Positions 24,958 to 38,585 of a DNA stretch of 64,000 nt are shown one piece after another. Below the pieces are notes generated by a model that saw nothing but the letters and a program-made list of their open reading frames with translations, ran no database searches and was not told the origin of the DNA. Numbering within the stretch: position 1 is the stretch's first letter; every line of letters starts with the position of its first letter. Source of the stretch: Ylistrum balloti (Eukaryota); contig NW_026782069.1 in NCBI RefSeq assembly GCF_031769215.1, positions 62,001 through 126,000 of the forward strand, given 5' to 3'. The position numbers were made by a program, and so were the translations under genes.

Positions 24958-25972
24958 CTTGTGTGGTCCCCTGATCAAAATGACAACATCATTCAAAAGC
25001 TTGTGTGGTCCCCTGATATGACAACATCATTCAAAAGCTTGTGTGGTCCCCTGATATGACAACATCATTCAAAAGCTTGTGTGGTCCCCTGATATGACAA
25101 CATCATTCAAAAGCTTGTGTGGTCCCCTGATATGACAACATCATTCAAAAGCTTGTGTGGTCCCCTGATATGACAACATCATTCAAAAGCTTGTGTGGTC
25201 CCCTGATATGACAACATCATTCAAAAGCTTGTGTGGTCCCCTGATATGACAACATCATTCAAAAGCTTGTGTGGTCCCCTGATATGACAACATCATTCAA
25301 AAGCTTGTGTGTGAAATGACAACATCATTTAAAAGCTTGTGTTGAATCCCCTGATATGACAACATCATTCAAAAGCTTGTGTGTCCTCTGAAATGACGTC
25401 ATCATTTAAAAGCTTGTGTTGAATCTTGAAATGACGTCATCATTCAAAAGCTTGTGTGGTCCCCTGATATGACAACATCATTCAAAAGCTTGTGTGGTCC
25501 CCTGATATGACAACATCATTCAAAAGCTTGTGTGGTCCCCTGATATGACAACATCATTCAAAAGCTTGTGTGGTCCCCTGATATGACAACATCATTCAAA
25601 AGCTTGTGTGGTCCCCTGATATGACAACATCATTCAAAAGCTTGTGTGGTCCCCTGATATGACAACATCATTCAAAAGGTTGTGTGGTCATCATTCAAAA
25701 GCTTGTGTGGTCCCCTGATATGACAACATCATTCAAAAGCTTGTGTGGTCCCCTGATATGACAACATCATTCAAAAGCTTGTGTGGTCCCCTGATATGAC
25801 AACATCATTCAAAAGCTTGTGTTGAAACTTGAAATGACGTCATCATTTAAAAGCTTGTGTTGAATCTTGAAATGACGTCATCATTTAAAAGCTTGTGTTG
25901 AAACTTGAAATGACGTCATCATTTAAAAGCTTGTGTTGAATCTTGAAATGACGTCATCATTTAAAAGCTTAT
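24958..25972. repeat. 38-bp minisatellite with two subfamilies
   Basis: Type A tgtggtcccctgatatgacaacatcattcaaaagcttg; type B tgttgaatcttgaaatgacgtcatcatttaaaagcttg (at ~25390-25440 and 25820-25972). Confidence 0.97.
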
Positions 25973-27049
25973 GTCTTACCTTGATATATGAGGCAGTATG
26001 TAGATGTAGTTGTGATATTGATAGCATCATAAGTCACTACCTATCAACACTTTGACCTTTGAACATTGACCTTCAAATGACATTGGCAGTAACAATTTGT
26101 CTGGAGGTTAGATCCTTCCCTGTATTTTGAGAGTTTTCGGTCAGACATCATAAAACATACACATACAAAGACCAGAGAATACCTCGGATGAGATTGAGTT
26201 ATAAGTCAGAATGGTTGGATTAACAGGTCAAGGGCATCTTTTATATTATCAGAAAACCCTTGTCATTGCTATATTGGTTTCATTTAGTGAAGGATTAGAT
26301 CTAACTTCACATTCTTCTAATGAACCATAATATCTTGTAATAATTTAAGTTTTGGCTGATAGGTCAGATGGTCTAAATATACCACAATAAGATTTTATTA
26401 CAAATATGGGATTCTTCACAGCAAAAATCAGACACATGGAAAGTTTGTGGTAATAATTATGATTTATCACTTCGATCAAAACCCGCCCTAGAAAGTCTCA
26501 GAGGAAGTTTTTTTTATTGGACTAGCATTGTTTTTGCAGCCTGGTTCTAGTCAAGACAACATAAGGACTACCAGGTGTCCTATGTTATTGAATATAGCGA
26601 TACACAGGTGTGTGAAGCATTTCATTCTAAGAAAGAGGTGTTATAAAACTGACACACAGTTAAAAATACTCTCGACAAAGAGTTAAAAATACTCTCAACA
26701 TTTCCTGGGAACATGGATTTTTTACAGCAGTGGCCCAGAGCTGTAAGGCTTTTAGGACAGGCTGCATGAAAATGTAAAAAAAATTTACCTGATATTTCTG
26801 GAGTCTTCAAAATTTTAAAGGTTCTACCTGATGTTTTTTTAACCTTCAAAATTTAAGAATACTTTCCACCTACATGGCACGACTTGCATATTTCTGTCAG
26901 TGAGTGCAACAAGTACATTAAACTTACACTACACTAAATCTGTCACACATTACAATTTGTTTCACTTACGTTATCACCTTGAATTTACCTGGTGCCACTA
27001 AGATAAAATCAATTATCAGATTTAGCACCTTGACAGGTAAAATACTCAC

Positions 27050-27071
27050 TTGTTATAGGAAAAACGCTCAC
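27050..27071 (-). other. Candidate 22-nt micro-exon or recursive splice site
   Basis: Minus strand: caatttttccctgttacag|GTGAGCGTTTTTCCTATAACAA|gtgagt. The strong acceptor is immediately followed by a donor-like GTGAGC, with a second perfect donor 22 nt later. Confidence 0.2.
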
Positions 27072-27935
27072 CTGTAACAGGGAAAAATTGAAAGGAATTT
27101 AAGTGTACTGCAGAAGGTTGACTGCTATTATTACTGTGGTATGTCGGATATCTAACTTGACTCCACTTGACCACATTGATCCAAGAGACATTTTCAAGGA
27201 ACTTATTTAGATGAATTCATCATCAAAGACAGATAATAGGACATAACCTTATAAATATTGTGGACATTTTTTTATACACCTCCTATATTGGAACGTTGGA
27301 GAGACAACTTCATCTTAAAAAAAAATGTTCAAATTTTAGAGAATGTAAAATCTTAAAGGACTGAAGTGATTTCAATATATAGAAAGTGTAGGTAATGTCA
27401 TTCTAGGTATAAAAACTTAACTGTTTCACGATCACTGGAGCGTTTGAATTCTTCACTCTATATCACTTAAGGATCAAGGTACAATATGACACGAGTGTAG
27501 CCAAATTTTCTGCCATATTTCATCTTTTGTGTTCAGGTTAAAATCTTATGATTACAGTCATCATGCGATGATCTGTAGGGCAGGGTGGTCAGGTGACTGG
27601 GCTTTATTCACTAATAGAGAACAGGTCGTTATGTAGATAGATAATAGCAGGGTGGCCTCTCAATAAGATCTATCACTCTGTTATTGTGTGATATTGGTGT
27701 CATCAAAAAGCTGCAGTATTTTATCATGTTTGTACATGTCATGATTGACTGTTTGGTGAGATGAGAATGCCAACTACCTGTACCTTCACTCGCTCCCTCA
27801 GTACAACTGTATAATTGTATTTACATACTTTAACCAATAAAGAAGTTATCAAATGACAATTTAAGCATCAGACGCAAGACTTTGATATCAGCCAAACGGC
27901 CAAAAACTTACTAAAGGCCTATGGACAGACTTACG

Positions 27936-29000
27936 TGGTTCTAGTGTCAAACCAAAGTGTCCAGACTAACAAGGTTCTAGTGTCAAACCAAAGTGTCCAG
28001 ACTAACCAGGTTCTAATGTCAAACCAAAGTGTCCAGACTAACCAGGTTCTAGTGTCAAACCAAAGTGTCCAGACTAACAAGGTTCTAGTGTCAAACCAAA
28101 GTGTCCAGACTAACCAGGTTCTAGTGTCAAACCAAAGTGTCCAGACTAACCAGGTTCTAGTGTCAAACCAAAGTGTCCAGACTAACCAGGTTCTAGTGTC
28201 AAACCAAAGTGTCCAGACTAACCAGGTTCTAGTGTCAAACCAAAGTGTCCTGACTAACCAGGTTCTAGTGTCAAACCAAAGTGTCCTGACTAACCAGGTT
28301 CTAGTGTCAAACCAAAGTGTCCTGACTAACCAGGTTCTAGTGTCAAACCAAAGTGTCCTGACTAACCAGGTTCTAGTGTCAAACCAAAGTGTCCAGACTA
28401 ACAAGGTTCTAGTGTCAAACCAAAGTGTCCTGACTAACCAGGTTCTAGTGTCAAACCAAAGTGTCCAGAATAACAAGTTTGTAGTGTCAAACCAAAGTGT
28501 CCTGACTAACCAGGTTGTAGTGTCAAACCAAAGTGTCCTGACTAACCAGGTTCTAGTGTCAAACCAAAGTGTCCTGACTAACCAGGTTCTAGTGTCAAAC
28601 CAAAGTGTCTAGACTAACAAGGTTCTAGTGTCAAACCAAAGTGTCCAGAATAACCAGGTTCTAGTGTCAAACCAAAGTGTCCAGACTAACAAGGTTCTAG
28701 TGTCAAACCAAAGTGTCCTGACTAACCAGGTTCTAGTGTCAAACCAAAGTGTCCAGAATAACAAGTTTGTAGTGTCAAACCAAAGTGTGACTCCTGACTA
28801 ACCAGGTTCTAGTGTCAAACCAAAGTGTCCAGAATAACCAGGTTCTAGTGTCAAACCAAAGTGTCTAGACTAACAAGGTTCTAGTGTCAAACCAAAGTGT
28901 CCAGAATAACCAGGTTCTAGTGTCAAACCAAAGTGTCCAGACTAACAAGGTTCTAGTGTCAAACCAAAGTGTCCTGACTAACAAGGCTGAAGTGTCAAAC
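27936..29000. repeat. 36-bp minisatellite, ~29 copies
   Basis: Monomer gttctagtgtcaaaccaaagtgtcc(a/t)gactaac(c/a)ag. Confidence 0.98.
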
Positions 29001-32000
29001 TGTTGTTAAAATCTTTTAAGAAACATGTGTTGATGTTAGTGGAAATATTTTGTAAACATCTGTAACAGAGTTCCTTGAAATTCTATTTAAACACATTTAA
29101 CTGATTTCTGGTCCAGGATATTTCTGACCATTACCAGTAAATACCTGACCGCTGACCATCTGTTTCAGTGGTATCTATTTCTGATCTCCCACTACAACAC
29201 ATGTCCTGTCATTTTTCTTTGATTGATTATCTTGCCCAGGTCACTGATTGTTTCAACAGCAAGGTGCCCTCCCACAATGACCTTGTATACACGGTAGTGA
29301 TGAGGAAAGTTTAACTTTAAATTAGTGGTCAATTCTGGAATGCTATCACTTTCTTTATTGGCCCACCTGTCAGAAAGTGTGCTACCAACCTAATGCTGGT
29401 AATGTATAGCATTCATCAGGAGGTTTTCCTTAAATGATTTCTACAGAGGCTAGTCCCAAACTGTCAGTAAGCTGTTCAGGGTGATAGAGAGCTGTTAAAT
29501 TGTTAAAATACTCAAATAATTTGCCTTGGCTTTTTTTTAATGTAACAAAGGTCATATGAACTTCAGGCAACTTCTGGTCAAGAAAAAAATCTTCTACTGC
29601 AGAACATTGATGCTCCAAGAAATAGAATGAGTTTAAAGCTTGTCCAACTTGTTTCCATAACTGCAAATGTTGAATGGAGGAAAGTAGAAAATGATAGAAT
29701 TGGTCAGAAAGTAAGATCTGTGGGCCATTTCTTCTAGAAAGAACAATTAAGTTGAATGCAGCAAGTTTATGTTCATTATTGTGTGTGTCTATTTAGTATG
29801 TATCGTTACATCCTTTCATAATTCACTTCACAAATTTGTTAAACTCTTGTTTAAGTTTGAACGGATAAACTTTCAGTTAAGTTAGAATAGTTAAACTGTT
29901 GGTTTAGTAAGAAAACTTAAACTGTGAGTTAAGTTAGTTGTTAAACTCTCAGTTTAGTTAAAAAATTGTAAGTTAAGGTAGAATAGTAAATAATGTTCAT
30001 TTAGTCAGTGTCAGGTCATAGCCAGTCTGGTTACCTGGGTAACAGTTTGTCTATCATTACTCTTGAAAGTACGCTCAACCTAATACCACGTTATCTTCTT
30101 CAGATGAAGTTATTGTCTCCTTTTCTATTTATATACTAGTCAATCACCGATAACAAGGGAGACTTGTTGTTACTTTATGATTTCTGAATTAAATATTGCT
30201 GAAAACAGGTTATAGCAAACTTCACAAAAACCATGGAAATGCTGATGTTTTTACTTCAGTGATAGAGTTTTCATGTGAACTGACATAAATCTTCTTGTTA
30301 GGTTTTTTCATGCGTGATACAGTGGAGTTGACATATTTATGAATCATTGTGTATGTGGTCTGTAAGCTGAATACAGGAAGCCTTACATACATGTTAGGTC
30401 AAAACCATTTCTGCTGTTTTTGGTCATTATCACACACAAGCTTGAGGGTCCATGAGAAGTGCAGACAACAACAAGAAAGGTCATCAGGATTTCTAACAGT
30501 GATTAAGATTAGGAGAAATGGATCAAGAGAGAAAAGATTTATGTACATTTTATAGCTGTGGACTCACAAGGATTTTGTTTTATGAAGATAAATCCATTTT
30601 ATGTGTTTGTATAGCACACTTAGTTCTATACACTCTGTCATAAATGGACAATAAGAAATTTTAATGAGATTTTTGAATGACACCATATGATGGCGTGGAT
30701 TTACAACAAAAGAAATATGGTTATTTAGAATTTAATTATACCCATATATGGTCATTAAATATGATCACCTAAAGTTAACATTATGGCCTCCAACACATAA
30801 GAATTCCAGTTTACAGGAAGTTACATGTTAAGTGTGAAATTTACAGGAGAGTTACGATCTTTACTGGTCTGGAGTTTGTCACATTGCCAAGTCTTTATGT
30901 TCATTTCAGCAACGTATGCGTCAGGTCTCTATAAACATTAATTTAAAGAAGATACATGTTCCATACTTAACCTAACTCCATTCCAAAAGAGTTCAGCACT
31001 TAAAACACTAAATAGATTTTGTGGATGATAATTTTAATTTTGAATGTTACAGTTTATTTAAGATGGGGAGTTAAATTTTGTGATTAATTCAGAGTGCAAA
31101 ATAAACCTGTTTCTTGAAGGAAAATGATTCTACAATCGCATCCTTAAAATTTGATATAAAGTATTTCATTATATGTGTGTCAATTCCTGACAGTATGATA
31201 ATGAAAATCCTCTGTTTATTGAAGGTTAGCTGTTGCAAAAAAGTAATTAAAAAATATTACTATTTTAAAACGGCTTTGATTTATGATCTACAATTTTAGC
31301 CATAGCTATGTTCTGGGTGCTTCACATTGTCTGTACTCCTCTATCATCACATTCTGACCCAAGATTTTCACGGATAAAAGTAATTTGAATTGACCATTAA
31401 AGTCGGTGTAGCCATAAAGCGAAGGTCGACTCCACTGACACCTATTCGCTACATTTTATATCGCCATTTATAAAGGATTTTTCTCCTGTGATGTTGATTT
31501 GTATGCGGAACTATAAAGTTGTCATTGACTTTATCAAGACATTAATGTTCTTTTAAATTGTAGTCATAATCATAAACAGATTAAAATCCAGTATTGAAGG
31601 AAACTATTACAAGTTAAAGAACAGCAGATATCTGATAAAGTCATGTAAAACGATACTTTTGTATTTAAAATTTACCCTCACTTTGACCAAGGTATAGTGA
31701 TATAGTGTTCTCTGTTGCTCTCTCTCGATTTTCTTTCTATCAATTATCAATATCACATATATAAAGGTGATTGGAGCTTTATGGATTGTATTACCAGCAG
31801 TTGTGTCCCTTTGTTGCCCATAACTGGGACCAAAGATGAAATTAGACATGTTTTTAGAATACACACCAAAATCTTTCAGTAAACCTTGAATGTGTTATGT
31901 GGATTAGACTGAGGGATAGAACAACCTAAGTGGTACAGGAATTTTCTGATTTGTCCAACACTTCCTAATACGTCTAACCAAGGATGGGTAATTCAAGAAA

Positions 32001-34129
32001 TGCTTTCAACTTTGGATCCTGTGGTGAAATGTCAAACTTTGGTTTGGTAATTTGCACTGATTTAAATTAGATGATACTGATCAGTGTTCTGCAGTTTAGA
32101 CGTTACAGGTACGGATCTCATTACTTGCGTTGACTTGTAATTTCCCTTAAGTCTACCTTTACATTGTCCAGTTAGAAAAGGAAAGGTCACTAGTTCCATC
32201 ACTGCTAGGGACAGAACATTCATTACTCCTTCCTATTGCAGATTTTTACCGTTGGCTACTCCAAGGTTAGAAGTTATACTAGAATGGAGATGATTACTCG
32301 GAGATGTCAAACCTGGGTTGTGGTTACGTTGTTAAGAAGGAAGTAGAATTGGAGAGCTCCTGTGACTAGCTCTGACTGGATGAGAGATCCCTATAGTCTA
32401 GTGACACAGACACTGATGGAGATATCCTTGTTATTTCTCCTAAACTTGTCCTCCTCAGTTGGTTAGCCAGCAGAACTAAGTCACAACAACAATGCCAGCA
32501 TCCTCTATAGATTCTCACTCACACAGTGTTAACCAGTACTTGTTCAAGATAGAGAAAGTTTAGTACCAGTTAACTGTCCTCATATGACCCTGAATATTGT
32601 GAGGATGTTAAATTCACTTTAGAATTAAAAAACTTTAATCAATATTTATAATAAGGTATTGCTTTTCACAGAAAGTTCCTTGGAATCGTCTTTGTCAGAT
32701 GTGATATTTCTATACATAAATATACTGTAGGGAGACCAAAACAGAGGGAGGAGAATGTTTCTAGATCAATATGTTTTCACATAGATTTAAATTGACACAA
32801 AATATAGTTTGTATTTGAATAATATCGTCATTATCTAGTCGGTGATGTAACTCTTTTCAATTTGATGAAACTATTGTATCAAGATCCTTCTTGTTTATGG
32901 TAATATCAGCTGTTCATCTGAAATGTTCAATATTATAACTATATACCTGTGGGTCTAGTGAAGTGTAAACCATTTATAGATTTGTCTGCTTTTTGAAACT
33001 TTCAAGGCAGTTTCAAAATTGTTTTTATTTAGTTTTATTCTCAAGAATATACATGGTTTCAGTGTTTGTTGTGTGAAAGTGGTGTTTATTGATCTCAGAA
33101 AGAATGTTTTATCAAATTAGATAACTCTGAAATAAACATTTGAATTTAATCAAAATAAGATGTAAAGCTAACAGTAAGCTGAACTAAACACTAATTTGTT
33201 TCCAATATGGAACGACCTGACAATAACATAAACGGAATCTTGTTTCTAAATTGCACAACATTCATCTTTCTGTTATATGTACACTTGAACTTTCGACCTT
33301 TGAAAAACGAATTGTCGATATAACATATAGAAAATTTATGTTGAGCTGTCACTGAATGTATGCATAGAGGTATGAAACTAGATCGAGAAAATGAAATACA
33401 GAATTGAATGTGTTTGACACCTGTCGATGTTACATAATGCCGTACATGATCTAGTACAGAAAGCCATTGTGACATTCTACTAAATATTGAATCGGAAGTG
33501 GGTCACCTGTGAAATTTACCTGCATGGGGTCCAGTTGTGTTAGGCTCACTGTATACAGTATCTATGTTGAGGTGACAGAAACACCATCAGTGCATAGCTG
33601 TTACAGTGTACCTGAACGTATCAGAATCACCGGACAATGTTAGGACTGTGTACTAGTCGACAGGAAGTTCAGTAAAGCTCTCTAAAGCATTGTTTTCAAT
33701 TATTTGACGATTACCTGAAGTTGAATAAGCATTAATTATTTCAATTTTGGTGCATGTAGTTTTGTTTATCTGTAGCAGGAATTTTATTGACATTTCATGT
33801 AGAAATTTTTCTGGAGTATTGTTAGGTCACCCAAGTGAATGGGGTTGACTGTTTCTGGACCATCCTCATTGGTTCTATAGTCTGTTAGCATGCAGGAAGC
33901 AGTCGCGGGTAATGGCATATTACATTTAATAGTTAATACAAAGTAGTAGGAGAACCAACACTTTTGACGTCTAAGAAAGCGCCACTGTTCCTGAATGGAT
34001 ACCATGCGGTATTCACTAGAGATGCTTGCTATGTAGTGAACATAGCATAGCAGTCGAAACATGTCGACGGTGTACCAATCGCAATAAAAGAAGAAATGTT
34101 CTTCGATGCTGAGATTCCTCTATATTTAA

Positions 34130-34225
34130 TAGTTAAGTGATTTCAACCCCAGGGACATGAGGGGTAGGGTCCAAAGGAGGAATATTTGCTTATACATGTA
34201 TTTAAAAATCTTCTTCTTCAGATCC
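34130..34225 (+). mobile_element. Isolated remnant of the HINE-like internal repeat
   Basis: aaccccagggacatgaggggtagggtccaaaggagga...tttaaaaatcttcttc resembles the ggggcaggaggggcagggcccaa...tttaaa unit inside 39919-40830 and 60655-62299. Confidence 0.4.
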
Positions 34226-37200
34226 TGATGCTGTAGAGGCGAATGATATGTCTCTTTTCAGAATTTAGACTTCAGTATTCCTGGATCACACAGAAGTATG
34301 GATGTGAAATAAGTATTGGAAAATATATGCTGGATAGTTTTATTAAAACTTGAGCCAGAGGGAGTTCAACAAGTTGTGATCAGTCCATATTACTGGCCAT
34401 GCTTGACGATAACTTTGACACTCAGCTGCACACCTTGAGCTCCTTTCACCTGGTATAAAATTGTTTTATTTCACTATTAATTCATATATATTAGCTTTAA
34501 CATCAAACTTAACTCATCGCTGTATTTTCCAATTGAAGAAATGGGAAAAAACATCCAATTATATAGTATATATATAAAATTTTAAACCTTTATCATGACT
34601 TATGTCAGCTCAGCAACAAATTTTTTTTTTATAAAGTCCCAAGATGAATTCACCAACAGCAATGGAACAAAAATACCAGGAAGTATTACATTTTAATTTA
34701 GAATTAAACAAAAAAACCAGTCGTAAATTTCTGACTTATGGTTGGGATAATAAACAAATAATTCCTGAGTGTTTTCTGTTTGTTTGACTTTTAAGGTGAG
34801 TGAAGAAAACATATGGCCTTATTCCAGCTAAAATTGATGTCATGTTGTGTAATAGTTTCTCAAGGATGTTTCAAAAATAGAAAGAAAATTTGTGAATAAT
34901 GTAAGCATTTTTTGATGCAATTCTCTTGTATGAAATAAATCAGAAACTGAATTATTTATGTTTTTTCTTTTGATTTATAATGGTATCTCTTTCACATTTT
35001 AAAACTATTCTCCTTGAAGTGCTCCCTCAGAGAGTCGAACGGTTCAAAGTTAAACTGATATATAGGATATATCACTTTCTCCCTGTAAACACAGCTGTTC
35101 ATCTTCTGTAAGATTATTCTCGTCTGATACATGTGTGTCTTGTTACTTGTTTTATGTAGGGTTTAAACCATAAATGTTTCCTAATTCCAGTCGCAGTGAC
35201 AACAAGGTTTTGATTAAATTGTTAAATTTTACAGCCCAAAGGTCAGTTTTTATCACACATTGGCATCAAGTTTATGTTTTATTCAAAATGTGGATTGCCT
35301 GAGGAGATATTCATGAGAATTTACTTTTTGTAGTTGAACCCCTAGACATCTGGTCAAAAGTTCTTCACAATCAAGGGTGGCAGGTTGTTACAGGGTGTTT
35401 TAAAGGGTTATCTACAGAAAATAAACTTATCATTAATTCTTGTACTTAGTTATCGTATCAGTATTTATTTAGACGATGTTTTATCTTATGTTTGTATTGT
35501 ATAGTCAGTTTCAAAAACTGAATGAATGTCAGGAAATATCAGGGGATTTTGGCATTTTTCATGATTTGAGCAGTTTGATCCTATAGCGAATATTAGACTG
35601 ACTAGATGAAATTAGTGGGCGACAGTGATTTGGTAGGATGGGATCAATTGGTTTTTATATGTACGTTTGTAAGTATTGTTCATAGGATTTTATGTCATAA
35701 ATTTATAATATACAGAGACTTGAGCTTAAATTTTGAACAAACAATGTGTAATTACTGAAACATTTGCCTATTTTTTACCTTTTTAAACATTTTTTTGACA
35801 AAGTTTAGTTATAATTAAGGAACAAGGACACATGGATTATAATTACCTGAATATTGTATTTTAATTGGTACATTTTGGGCCCTGAAAAATAATTGTAAGA
35901 TACACATGTTCATAAGTGACATATTTTGTATACATTTTCTTTGATGTACTCTTCTGCTGAATTTTCAAACTTAATTTTTCATTTTGTGAAATTTGATGAA
36001 AGAGAGAGGTAGTAAAAATATAATTAACGAACAATGATCATTCATAGTTATTGGTAGTGTTCTTATAGAGTCAATATGACATTTCACCCTGACATCAGCA
36101 ATAACTGGGTAAAAAGGTTCAAAGTAAACACCAACACTGTAAACTTTATGAAATAAACTTGTCAGGGCGAGTACAAGCAAACAGTTGTATTTGTTAAGTA
36201 TTGAAAGAAAAGACAAGCCTATCCAATTATCTAAATGGAAAATGGTTTACTTTCTAAATGAATACTGACTTTGTGTTGACATTTTTTTTAAACATAATAC
36301 CATCAAAAATGGGACCACAAGACAAATTGTTACATTTTCTTTGGCTAAGGTGCCTAAGAAAGGTATAGGGTGGTGTACAGTAGGTATGTAAATTCCTTTG
36401 ACTTTTGTCAGTTTGAAATAAGATTTAAAAAGTCATGTAAATTACAGACCAACACTTACACAGCTATAGAGGTTTGAATGAATAAAGTTTAAAAACTACA
36501 TTGATAGAGAATTCTTTAATAGTTTCTGGTAAAATTGTGGCCGGGAAGAAATGATCGATCACACTGTTGGAGATATTGCGGGGTATGTAATTACTGATTT
36601 GTAAATATACTGGTATGACATCATTAATAGGTTGTCTCCCCTTGTGATCTGTCACACAGCTGGGGATCATGTGAATGTTTGTTATAAACAGATTAGATCA
36701 CCTCTGCTTGATTGATTGATACTTGGTAGTAATTATCTCTCTATAATCCATCATACAGGTAGTGGAGGGCTATATAGGGGTGGCATACATGTAGGAATTA
36801 TCTCTCTTGTGATATGGTCATGTGATCTGTCATGTGACTGGGTAGAACAACAAGACCAACTATTATAATTATTTCCAAATAGGGACAAAGCACCACATAG
36901 TACTGCCCTTGTGTCATGTAATTTATCATAAGGTCAGATTATGGTAAAATGAGACCAGTTAAACTTTCTACCTTTAAAAAGGGATTCAAATCTTTACACA
37001 AATCATCTCTCTTGTTTTGAAGAAAAAAAAATAGAGCATTGTTGTAACGTTGCCCATTAAGCAGAGTGAAGGCATCACAAGAATAAACTTCGTCGTTTTA
37101 TGTGATGGGAATGTGAAAATTCTGAAGAAGAATTAGGTCATTGCAGATATAACAAATTAGTAATTACATTGTAAGAATTACCTCCCTTCAGTGTTGTATG

Positions 37201-37537
37201 ATCGTTACACAATAAGGACCAAATCTGTCACCTCATTACCTTGGGTAATTAACTGGACTTTTCAAGGTCGTATCCGACATCATTCTAATCTCAATTAATT
37301 TAACAAAATTTTGGATGCCGTTTGATAGTTATTTTATGTACAAATGATCAGAGTATGTGTTGATATATAACCTGTATATTTGATTTCCATCCCTTAACAC
37401 CTCAGTCTGCATATAACTTATAATGCTTCACTGGCCTTATATGTGATGGATATGAAGTCATAAAAATACCTCAGTTTCTAGTTTGTTTCACAAATCTTAC
37501 AAATGTTAGTCCTGAACAAAAATGATAAATAAAAATC

Positions 37538-38585
37538 ACTGGTAAAATCTGTGTAACAAGGAGGTGGGCTTATTACTGGTAAAATCTGTGTAACAAGGAG
37601 GTGGCCTTATTACCGGTAAAATCTGTGTTACAATGAGGTGGGCTTATTACTGGTAAAATCTATGTAACAAGGAGGTGGGCTTATTACTGGTAAAATCTAT
37701 GTAACAAGGAGGTGGGCTTATTACTGGTAAAATCTATGTAACAAGGAGGTGGGCTTATTACTGGTAAAATCTGTGTAACAAGGAGGTGGGCTTATTACCG
37801 GTAAAATCTGTGTTACAATGAGGTGGGCTTATTACTGGTAAAATATGTGTAACAAGGAGGTGGGCTTATTACTGGTAAAATCTGTGTTACAAGGAGGTGG
37901 GCTTATTATCAATAAAATATGTGTGACAATGCAGTGGGCTTATTACTGGTAAAATTTGTGTAAAAAGGAGGTGGGCTTATTACTGATAAAATCTGTGTGA
38001 CAATGAGGTGGGTTTATTACTGGTAAAATCTGTGTGACAAGGAGATGGGTTTATTACTGATAAAATCTGTGTGATAAGGAGATGGGTTTATTACTGATAA
38101 AATCTGTGTGACAAGGAGGTGGGCTTAATACTGGCAAAATCTGTGTGACAAGGAGATGGGTTTATTACTGGTGGTCCGGTGGCGCAGTGTTAACGCACTC
38201 GCCTTTCACCAAGCCGACCGGGGTTCGATTCCCGGAACGGACGTGAAAAGGTAAGGGGCCACCTGCCGGACCACGTAAAATATGTGTGACAATGCAGTGG
38301 GCTTATTCTGGTAAAATTTCCTGTAACAATAAGACCCCTCGCGCGCTTACATCCGGGCCAACAAGAGTGATTAGTATAAGTTGACATAACTTGTTTCGCA
38401 ATTGTTGTAAAATAAATAAAGTTTATATATTTATATTTTACTGATAAAATCTGTGTGACAAGGAGGTGGGCTTATTACTGGCAAAATCTGTGTGATAAGG
38501 AGGTGGGCTTATTACTGGTAAAATCTGTGTGACAAGGAGATGGGCTTATTACTTATTATATCTTTGTGACAAGAAGGTGGGCTTA
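37538..38585. repeat. 37-bp minisatellite interrupted by a SINE
   Basis: Monomer actggtaaaatctgtgt(a/g)acaaggaggtgggcttatt on both sides of the 38171-38437 insertion. Confidence 0.97.
38171..38437 (+). mobile_element. Young tRNA(Glu-like)-derived SINE with candidate 6-bp target-site duplication
   Basis: Head gtggtccggtggcgcagtgttaacgcactcgcctttcaccaagccgaccggggttcgattcccgg has an A box, a B box GGTTCGATTCC and a CTTTCAC loop. It is CpG-rich in a CpG-poor region, has an AT-rich tail (aaaataaataaagtttatatatttatattt), and is flanked by ttactg at 38165-38170 and 38438-38443. Confidence 0.85.

Noticed and set aside
27935-28612. 225-aa VLVSNQSVQTNQ repeat ORF resembling a low-complexity matrix protein
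   Set aside because: No ATG (GTG start), no unique N- or C-terminal domain, no plus-strand splice signals at the edges, and a stop inside the array.
38171-38245. Possible functional tRNA-Glu(TTC) gene
   Set aside because: The anticodon stem does not pair, and the sequence continues into a SINE body, AT-rich tail and TSD.
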